Part shown: positions 53,724 through 64,000 of the stretch, in pieces
Layout of the letters: each line of letters begins with the position of its first letter
Numbering within the stretch: the stretch's first letter is position 1
DNA from: Octopus vulgaris
Taxonomy: Eukaryota
Assembly (NCBI GenBank): GCA_951406725.2
Contig: OX597815.1
Location: 30,566,001-30,630,000 of the forward strand
Length of the DNA stretch: 64,000 bases
Direction of reading: 5' to 3'
Notes under the pieces: model-generated
Seen by the model: only the letters and a program-made list of their open reading frames with translations
What the model was told of the DNA's origin: nothing
Databases searched by the model: none
Made by a program: the position numbers and the translations under genes

Positions 53724-54950
53724 TCAAAAATACATTTGGAATGAGAAACCAGGTTCGAAATTTCCCCAAGACACATGATGAAGGCTGGAGGGTTTAACAG
53801 CCAGAACGTTGTGTTAACAACAAACAAGATGAGGACAAATATCTGTCAAATGGAAATAATGTACATAATTCCCCATCTCTTAAATATAGAACTGTATTTA
53901 CAGTCGTTGTTCCAGTTTCTCCTGTTGAATTTCCTCATTTTCAAATTCTAGGATTTTATTCACCCCTAATAACTTAATTTAAAGTAGTCACAATTTGAGG
54001 AATACACTGTTTATTATTGTGAATCTATAATATAATTAATATCATAGGCCATTTCGAACCACTTATTGTAACCTGGATAAAATGAGGAGATCTAGAAAGA
54101 TTCAGATTGCTGGTACAATGGTAGATTTATCCATGAACATGCCTGAAATAAGATATCTGATCTCCTAGTGAACAAGAAGAAAATGGGGAGGTGCAAAAAC
54201 TGCTGTTGTCTTTGAAATGTTTCTAACTGGGACTTTGGGAGTTGCTAAATATATATAGCAAATGTGGTGTTTCTCTTCGGTTAGTTAATATGATTTCATC
54301 TTTGTGACAAAATATTTTCGATTTACCGTTTGCCGCTAAAAGATTATCAAACAATATTCATAAACCCACATGAATGGAAAAAAGTAAAAGGCAAAAAAAA
54401 AAAGAAACAAAAAAAAGCAATTCTTTTGAAAAGCATTGCTGATGACTTTAGTGTTCTGGTCTTGCGCATTTCTTCTATTTTGAATAGTATTTCCATTACT
54501 TTCTCTTGTTCCGATTCTTGTTTCCTAAATTTCGCGAACAATAAAATCCTCGATTTATCTCCAGCAATTAACTTTTTTTGTGCTTCCTTTGTTTGAAGTC
54601 TTTTGGTTATTTCTTTCCTTTTCCAATCCTTGCTGTTTTTTTTCTTTAGGCATTTCATTTCGCCGTTCTTGATTTATGTGTCTTTCAAACCGAAACCTTC
54701 TTTCTTTCTTTTTAGGCTTCTTGTTTTTGTCATCATTTCCTTTTCTCTCCATTTCACGTCAAATTTTGCCTTCTTGAAGTATTCCCCGTCTTCATTCTGC
54801 AGGTTGAATTGTAGCCGTTTCTTCGTAGCTGAGAAATTGTTTACCTTTCTGACTTGCAATTACCTCTTGTATATTTGAACAGCTGAATTACGTATTGCAC
54901 TTCTTTGTCGTACTCTTTGCATTACAAATTTTCCCGGGCCAATGGACAGC
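52100..54950 (-). pseudogene. Decayed Helitron RepHel coding remnant, interrupted at 53335-53896
   Basis: KIYIISPKEPEHFHLRILLH..*AISFHQYRTVDG; LFYQIPE; YFRHVHG*IYH, all typical RepHel motifs. Confidence 0.65.
53335..53896. mobile_element. Fold-back element: tRNA-like head + (AAT/AAC)n + hammerhead-bearing pLTR-like tail, two copies head-to-head
   Basis: Inverted arms meet at 53530-53557; B box GAGTTCGATTC; TSD tttacaatcgt/tttacagtcgt (53324-53334/53897-53907). Confidence 0.85.
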
Positions 54951-55972
54951 ACTTCTCACCCAAATTTTCTTTGTGCATTATTGCCATGAATAAGAAATGT
55001 AAACTAATGTGTAGTTTGTAAAGGAAGAAATAGAGAAAAAAGAGAGCATGTTGATTAGTATGTGATTTCTCATCGAAAAATCCAAATACACCTGAAGAAT
55101 AACTTATATTTACGAATCTGTCAAGAATGAAACGATAAATAGTAAATGAACATATAAACAGTGTGGAATATTAATTCTACAATACACGAATAGGAACAGT
55201 ACTTCTAACGTCTTAAATGCAGTGTTCGTCGTTCCTTTAAGATATCACTCGCCACTCCAAGGTAATGCTCGATACAGAGCTATAATCACAAAAGGACAAG
55301 TTCTTTTTTCTTTGCTTGTGTTCAAGAATGAAAATATGGGTTACTGGGCCAAGCTTAAAATCGTGTAAAATTCCTACTGATAAGACTAGAACTTAAAACC
55401 GTTGAAATGAATAGCAGAATAATGGTAAATTCGAAATTATTCAAGATGCCGTAATGGAATAAGGAAAGATTAATATAATACACAAATACTTAGTCATAAA
55501 GTGCTACAGTAAATTAAATTAGCTTCACTTTACTACATAATATCTGTGTAGGAATATCTGATGTGCGTTAGACAATTCAATAAAATGATGCTGTACTATG
55601 ACTAGAGATTCTCGCCAAAAATGTAAATTAACTTGCCCTGCTTCATTAATATTAAACAACATAACTACCTTTGACTACACTCGCACTCATAGCAACACAC
55701 ACGCGCACACGCTTTCACTCTCACGCATGCACATGCGCTCACTCACAAACACAAACACCCATGGACACACACATATACACTCATACGAAAATATATTAAT
55801 GTAGGTACTCGCATAAAAGTGCATAGCATACAACGAATATATGAAAATTTACTCATGTGTGACAAAATGCATAACGTGTAAACGCATGCACTTTCGTAGT
55901 TATACATGCTGATGCATTGGATTTAGATACATATATGTGTGAGAGAGGGAGACTTTGTGTCCGTGCGTGCTC

Positions 55973-55975
<3 letters not shown>

Positions 55976-56063
<88 letters not shown>

Positions 56064-56093
56064 TATATGTATGTGTGTGTGTATATATATATA
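55976..56093. repeat. (TA)n microsatellite
   Basis: Direct inspection. Confidence 0.95.
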
Positions 56094-56293
56094 TACTCTT
56101 TTTTCTCTTTTACTTGTTTCAGTCGTTTGACTGCAGCCATGCTGGAGCACCGCCTTTAGTCGATCAAATCGACACCGGGACTTATTCTTTGTAAGCCGAG
56201 TACTTATTCTATCGGTCTCCTTTGCCGAACCGCTAAGTGACGGGGACGTAAACACACCAGCATCGGTTGTCAAGCAATGCAGACACACACATC

Positions 56294-56333
<40 letters not shown>

Positions 56334-56504
56334 CATATATACGACAGGCTTCTTTCAGTTTCCGTCTCCCAAATCCACTCACAAGGTATTGGTCGGCCCA
56401 GGTCTATAGCAGAAGACACTTGCCCAAGATGCCACGCAGTGGGACTGAACCCGGAACCATGTGTTTGGTAAACAAGCTACTTACCACACAGCCACTCCTG
56501 CGCC
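56094..56504 (-). mobile_element. Full-length young SINE family D
   Basis: Close reverse complement of 35372-35803. Confidence 0.92.
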
Positions 56505-56508
56505 TATG

Positions 56509-56590
<82 letters not shown>

Positions 56591-56594
<4 letters not shown>

Positions 56595-56921
56595 AGACAC
56601 CCTTCGGTCACGACACAGCCCATGAGATTGCACCTAGAAAGTTACCCTCTAAGGCACAAGTCCGGGCAAGGTTGTTTATGAAAGACCAGCAGTCGCCCAT
56701 GCATACTGGTCTCCCCTCTCCACACCACCAGCGTTATCCAAGGGAAAGGCAAAGGCCAATACAGCTTGGCACCTGTGACGGCGCAACTCATTTCTACAGC
56801 TGAATGAACTGGAGCAACGTGAAATAAAGTGTCTTGCTCAAGAACACAACACGCATCCCGGTCCGGGATTCGAGCTCACAACCTCATGATTGTAAGCTCG
56901 ACGCTCTAACCACTGAGCCAT
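56591..56921 (-). mobile_element. CORE-like SINE with tail Z
   Basis: Minus strand: TGGCTCAGTGG A box, GAGCTCGAATCC B-box-like, CORE-like centre. Confidence 0.85.
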
Positions 56922-56934
56922 ATATATATATATA

Positions 56935-57096
56935 GGCGTAGGAGTGGCTGTATGGTATGTAGCTTGCTTACCAACCACATGACTCCGAGCTCAGTCCCAC
57001 TGCGTGGCACCTTGGGCAAGAGTCTTCTACTATAGCCTCGGATCGACCAAAGCCTTGTGAGTGGATTTGGTAGACGGAAACTGAAGGAATCTTGTC

Positions 57097-57098
<2 letters not shown>
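56935..57098 (+). mobile_element. 5' half of SINE family D ending in (TA)n
   Basis: Matches 35372-35535. Confidence 0.88.
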
Positions 57099-57132
<34 letters not shown>

Positions 57133-58059
57133 GCTTTCGAAAATATATATTTCTTTTGTTCTATACTACATTTCGACGCTTCTTAAACAAACTTATGTTT
57201 GTTTATAATTGACGTAAATGTCTAGAGTTTCTGGATGATTTCATAAATTCTTAAGTTGAAGAAGAATTTGTTGGTCCGCAGTTTAGCTTAAATATACAGC
57301 ACTCTCACCGGTTATTAGAGGGGTATGAGTTTGATTATCATGGCTACTGGTTGCCGACAAATGCTCTTAAAGTACTTTATCCTACATATATATATACTGT
57401 TCAGTATTTATGCGTTGAAAATATATCTTTCTACTTGTAGTTACATTTATATATATATAATATGGCTAAGTAGGAAGTATATTATTTTATATCAGACAAA
57501 TAAAACAGTAGTGATCAATATATGTTGTAGAGAATATAACTTGTTTTTTATTGGAACAGAAAGTTTCTTTTATTACATGAGTTTTACACCACTGCGATCG
57601 CAGTAGTGTAAAACTCATGTGATAAAAGAAACTTTTATGAAAGAACTGTTGCGGCTCGGTATTGGGATTGTATTTAGATCCTTAGGGTTGTGTGTGTTTG
57701 TGTTTATGTGTGCTTGTGTGTCTGTGTGTCTGTGTGTATTTGTGTGTGTCTCTGTGAGCAGTCCCTTGGATGTATTTCATTTGTTAGTTTTCCGTGTTTA
57801 TTGATTGGGTGGTGTTTATCTCGGGACTTCATTGGTTAATCTCATCATTTTTGTAATATGGTGTTTGCATTTGTTGCATGCAATTGTAGATATGTTAGTG
57901 AGTCTCCATTTGAGCGATTTATTTTTTATGTATTTGTGCATATGTAAGAATTTATATAAACCTTCCAAATCATTATATAACATGTGTGAGAACCTAGTGT
58001 ATTTACATTAAGTTCGCAGGCCCATAACTTCCTAGCAATTTTTCCATAGCCATCTGATA

Positions 58060-58064
58060 CACAT

Positions 58065-58113
<49 letters not shown>

Positions 58114-58119
58114 ATATAC

Positions 58120-58171
<52 letters not shown>

Positions 58172-58400
58172 CATATATGTATGTATATATACATATATAT
58201 ACATATACATAATATTTTATATTATATGCATAAATATGTATACATATGTATGTATATATGTGTGTATGTATATATGTATGTATGTGTATACATATATATG
58301 TGTATTTTCATATACATATATGTATATATGTATATATACGTGTGCATGTGCGTGTGTGTCTGTGTGTGTATTTGTGTGCATGTGTATGTATTTGTGCGTT
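58060..58400. repeat. Compound CA/TA/TG microsatellite
   Basis: Direct inspection. Confidence 0.9.
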
Positions 58401-58819
58401 AGATTATGCATATGCGCATGAGGAAAATAACAAGTCTGTAGAATAATCAATGAACACATGATACCAAGACACGCCTAATGTTTAAATAATAGTATCATAA
58501 AACGAATACTTATTGTGAATATATCTGCTAAGTTTTGACATTTGCATACCGTAGAGATATGTGTACGAATTACCGTTTCAGTTTACTTACAATGAAGTCA
58601 AAATATTCCTAAGTATTTGTGCAGTTTCCGTCTTTGTAAACGTGGACCACATTAAATAAGTGCGTTTGTCGGTAGAAACTTTAACGAGAACATAGATACA
58701 CACACACATCCACACACACACATTCATTCGCACACCCCCATAATACTTGTAGCATATACTACTACTACTACTACACATTAATTATTTATACTATAGCAAA
58801 TGATGTGAAATTTTGTGCT

Positions 58820-59137
58820 TATGTAGTGGGAACTAGCCGACTACATCACCTCAGTATTCAACCGGTAATTATTTCGACGACTCGAAAATGATGAAATTAT
58901 AATAATGGTTTGAAATTTCGGCACAAGACCAGCATTTTTAATGATAGGAGAGACTAGTCATTTACATCAATCTCTGTGATCTTCAGGTACTTATTTTATC
59001 GAACCCGAAAGGATGAAAAACAAAGTGGGGCTCGGTGGAATTTGAACTCAGAATATAAAATAAACAGCTGGGAAAAATACTGAAGAATGTTTTTTTTTTT
59101 TTTTTTTTTTTTTCCGATGCACTAACGATTCTGCCAG
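58820..59137 (-). mobile_element. Diverged SINE family E copies
   Basis: ttatcgaacccgaaaggatgaaa...ggaatttgaactcagaa. Confidence 0.7.
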
Positions 59138-59871
59138 TATCAATAATTTACTATTTTCTCCTTCGTCAAGCATTTATACTTTCTCCATTCCATCCTCCTT
59201 CTTTCTGTTTCATTTTTCTGATAAATTACGCCTGTGTGCGTAATTGAATGTGGTTATGTATGTATAGCTGGATTATTTATATTACTGTTTATTGGTAAAA
59301 TATATTTTCTAATATCCTTCGTTTCGGTTACAGATCTTGAGGGCAAATAAAAACAGCAGAGGATTCGATGTCCTAAGCTACTAATGAGAAAACCTACGGC
59401 TCTTGTTTTTGGATCGGTGGATAATATGCACAGATCCCCGCAAGCAACGGATGTCCGATGACGAAATACAACAATTTAATCTAACAATCCGAATGTCATA
59501 TACAAGCTTATCTCGAAGAAAGATTATTCATACAATGAATGACTCACTATTCCTCTGTCTTCCTGTCTTCACTGCTTCTCTACCTTAGTCTCACGTTATT
59601 TTTAATGTTTTTCTTTTCTCTTTTTTTTCTCTCTCTTTAATTGCTGTATCTCTTTCTGTTTCTTTATTAGATATATATTTAAGTCTTTACATAATTTATT
59701 TCTTCTTTTCGTTTAGTGACGCCCAAATAGATATTCATGAAGATACAAAAACGCAGATATGAACGCACGTATCTAAGAGTATATATGAATAAATATATAT
59801 ATATGAATGAATGTATGTATATATATATATATATATATACATATGTACATACATACACGCATCATATTCTT

Positions 59872-59906
<35 letters not shown>

Positions 59907-60479
59907 CATATCGATAAATAGATGGATGGATAATTAATTATACATATATATATTTAAACGAATACAGTTATATATGTATCTATATCTATATCTATATCTC
60001 TATATATATATATATATATATGCAAGTGTGTGTGTATGTATGTGTATGCTTGTTATAAGTAAACGAAACGATAATATGGGAGATTTTACTGACAGTATTG
60101 ATAATAATTTCCTTGTGGAATTAAGGATATTCAAAAGTTGGCGGTTGATTGGAATGATATGAAAAATCACAAAACGAAACCATTTATTCTTATATAATAT
60201 GTAAGATGCCATAAAAGTTAAAATGATAGCTGCATGCAGAACGTTGATAGAGGATGTTCCCAAGTTATAATATCCTTGTCTTTGTGTCGTTCCACTAACG
60301 TATATAAACGAAAACACATACACATCTCTCTCTCTCTGTCTCTTTCACTCACTCTTTGGTGTGTATCATTATATGAATGCATGCAAACGTATCTATATAT
60401 ACTCGCATATCTACGTAGGCAAGCATGCACGGATCACAACATTGACTCACTTGACTTATTTCCCTTAGGTAATTTTACA

Positions 60480-60638
<159 letters not shown>

Positions 60639-60952
60639 GTGTGTGTTTGAAGTGAGTTTGTTTATATGTTTGCAAACACACATCTATGAGTAGAAGTATG
60701 AGATATATCGATTTATTTCGTCAAAAAATTACTAGTGTCTTTATTTCCAGTTAATCGTAGTTGCTAGCATTGTTTTGATATCATGAAACAAGCGTGTGTG
60801 CGCGCACACATACATACACGTGTATATATTTGAAGTTAACGTTTTAAAAATGTATTAATGGCAGGCATCTAATATGATAATTATAAATATAAATTATATA
60901 CGTATATGATAATAATAATAATTCTAGCAACAACAACAACAACAACAACAAC

Positions 60953-60986
<34 letters not shown>

Positions 60987-61714
60987 TTAATAATGATAAT
61001 GAAATAAAAATAATAATACCAACAATAACAACAACAGTAATAATAATGTTTATGCATATATATGCATGTATGCATATATATGCATGTATGCATATAAGTA
61101 AATATAATTTAATAGAAATTATATCGTTAATAAATGCACACGCATACATATACATATACATATATATATATATATTTATAAATCAGCATGCACACATACA
61201 CATATATATGTATTACGTATGTGTATACATATATAAATACTTACACTCGCACACAACTGCACAGTCGTATAAATTGTTATATATATATATATGCGTGTAT
61301 ATGCATATTGCCGTTGCAAATAAGTGATTTATGTCTTGCTTGGAACGAGCAGTAAATATACATGCTTAGAAGAGTAATTACAAAGGATATTGATAAATAA
61401 AAGGATAAATAAAAGTATGTATGCATTTATTAAAAAAAATATTAAGCAGTTAAATTAATTTTAGAATTTGTGCGGGTTTCATTTTATTCGAGATAAATGT
61501 GTGCTTCACTGAGTAGATACGAATGCACGAATAGATGTGTCGAAGTCATATCACAGAACATATTGAGAAGTAGATTGCTTTGTAATGTTGATAATCATAC
61601 TTTTCTGTCCTTGTGAACAAAATACTTTAGCGAATCGAGCTTTCTTTGATCTATATAAATAGCATAGCCTATCGTAGTCCATAGTTCTAAGCTGCAGTAA
61701 TATTCGTTTTCTGC

Positions 61715-62420
61715 TTTGGCACAAAGCCAACAATTTTGAAGATGGGAGTGTTCAACTGGTACTTACTTTATCGACTCCGAACGCTGAAATGCAAAGTCAC
61801 TTTGGCGAAATTTGAACTAAGAACGTAAGGAGAAACAAAATGTCGCTTAGCATTTTGCCCGGCGTGCTAACGGCTCCGCCAGCTTGCTGCCTTCTAAGCT
61901 GGAGTAATAGTGTTTCAAATTTTGGCACAAGGCCAGCAATTTCGGGGAAGCGAGATAATTCGATTATATGGGCCCCATTATTCAACCGCTACTTATTTTA
62001 TCGATCCCAAAAGGATGATGGGCCAAGTCGACTTCGGTGGAATTTAAACCTGGAGCACTCCGTCGGTTACGACAACGAGGGTCCCAGCTGATGTGATCAA
62101 CGGAACAGCTTGCTCGTGAAATTAACATGCAAGTGACTGAGCAATCCACAGACTCGTGTACCCCTAACGTAGTTGTCAGGGAGATTCAGCGTGACACAGA
62201 GTGTGACAACTCATTTTTGCCAGCTGAGTGGACTGGAGCAACGTGAAATAAAGTGTCTTGCTCAAGGACACAACACGTCGCCGAGAATCGAACTCAAGAC
62301 CTTACAATCGTGAGCCGAATGCCCTAACCACTAAGCCACGCGCCCTAAAACGTAAAGACAAACGAAATGTGACTAAGCATTTTGCGATTGTTCTAAGGAT
62401 TCTGCAAGCTCGTCGCCTTT
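61715..62420 (-). mobile_element. Two tandem family E copies, the second split by a nested SINE
   Basis: Family E motifs at 61755-61885 and at 61910-62050 resuming at 62347-62418. Confidence 0.75.
62054..62345 (-). mobile_element. CORE-like SINE with tail X nested in family E
   Basis: Head gcgcgtggcttagtggttaggg, CORE-like centre, tail matching the family A end (ccgacggagtgc). Confidence 0.85.
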
Positions 62421-64000
62421 AATCTGGAGTAATATATCGAACTTGGAGTGTAGTGCTCAAGTCCGAATATGGTTCCGCGAAAGCTACTTTATACTTATAA
62501 AGTACCTTTAGTGACTACGGGAAAAACGGTTATCAGTGTTAACATAAGGACAATAGATTTACAAAACTAGGAATAGAGACATAAAATTAAACTCGGCATT
62601 ACTCATAAGAAATTTTCCATGGTGGATTTAGTAAGTGACTTACTTTTCAGCACCACTCTTTGCATGACGGCTCTGGTAATTTAGGAGAAAGCCAAGGTGG
62701 TTATTCTAAATTGCAACGAAATCCTTGTAAACACATTGAGTGGACTGAAGAAATCAGTTATAACCATAGCTTTCTCTTGGATGTCTTGTACTCTCTTGTA
62801 TTGATGGTACTCAGCTACCCACATATACCAAATATATTTAAGTGCGAATCAGAGGCATATATTGAATTGTTTTTTTCCCTTTTACACAAATTATCTTCAG
62901 TTATTTACCATTCATTTTCTGCATCCCATTATTACTGATATGTTTAAATACCCTCTTCATTTAATTCCTCGTGTTAATGTATTCAATCGGAAATCAACAA
63001 AGAAATTTAACAAAGAAAAATCAACAATGATACGTAAGGCTGTTTGACATCGAAAGATCAAACAGCGTATTTTGTTGAAAATTGCTTCTTTTTAATTGGA
63101 ATTACGTAATTTTTCATCTTTTATTTTTTATCGAAAGAACGAAATCACCAAAGGACTTCTTTCTCCAAAACTATTACATCGCAAAACTGCCGAACTTTAT
63201 ACTATCCAGAAGTCATGGAAACATTTAGCATTTTTAACATTTTAACATTTGGAACGCTACATCAGAAAAATTTTGTTTTGTATTTCTGTTGCTATACATT
63301 GACAGTCGTAACTACAGTTTCCAAAACAGTCTTATAACTGATGTAATTCGTCTCATATAATCAATAGCATATTAGGCAAAGTGAAAAAATAGCACAATCC
63401 CTAATTGACAGCATTTCAACCTCCACTGACTGTCATTCAAAATAGTGTTCAATTTTCAAGCAATGTATTCTATCATCTGTTACTGCAACTTATCGTATAT
63501 TCCAGAATTACGTTAATCATCATTTTGTTTCTGACAATACAAATTCACCTCTTTCATAAATTATTTAATGAAGAATGCCATGTAGTGATATATTGCTATG
63601 TATCTTTCTCTTCAATATGAACCGAACGATTACGTTTACATTCAAAATATATACTCAATTCAAAATATATACTTAATTCAAGGCGTAGTACAGGATTATG
63701 TATTTATCACTACCCGTACCTCTGGAAATTCCATGGTTATTTTGAAAAATTTAAACACGTACAAGACACTGAAATACATGTTTTCAGGTATAATTCTATT
63801 ACTAGCGGGACCCGTGAATTAATGGTAAACCTATCGGGTTATTTCTGAAAACTTCATCCAAAAACCTTGAAATTGTATCCTGTGTTGTATCTGTATGGAA
63901 AGATGGTTGCTCATCTGCTACTCATTGAAAAGTGAAAGAAATTAGGATATGATGATTACTTAATATACTTTATATATACATTTTATATAATATATGCACA

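Noticed and set aside
54330-54878. Lys/Glu-rich ORFs as a host gene
   Set aside because: Low complexity, frameshifted and contiguous with the decayed RepHel N-terminal region
62450-63300. ZBED/hAT-like remnant on the minus strand
   Set aside because: Too degenerate to call

Overview
This is AT-rich, repeat-saturated eukaryotic DNA. The SINE families and microsatellite spectrum look like an octopus (coleoid cephalopod) intronic or intergenic region; this assignment is from recognition and was not verified. No intact host protein-coding gene can be supported, and almost all long ORFs in the track are microsatellite artefacts. The window holds many tRNA-derived SINEs built from shuffled modules, a mariner with intact termini, a composite non-autonomous Helitron, and decayed fragments of RepHel, L1/Tx1, R4/Dong, CR1-like, hAT, piggyBac and Penelope-like (PLE, GIY-YIG) elements. 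Five observations stand out. (1) A TSD-flanked fold-back element at 53335-53896 joins a tRNA-like Pol III head to a minimal hammerhead-ribozyme tail; the same tail abuts a PLE GIY-YIG fragment at about 41.5 kb, making it a candidate PLE-mobilised, ribozyme-bearing SINE. (2) A type I hammerhead with an intact core lies at 4316-4360. (3) Two Tx1/L1 ORF1 elements both begin at the same position inside the tRNA head of one SINE family. (4) A second TSD-flanked fold-back retroposon lies at 4472-4871. (5) One SINE forms partial tandem dimers with an identical junction at two loci. SINE family letters A-E and tail letters W-Z are my working labels. All alignments were done by eye, and boundaries of decayed elements are approximate.
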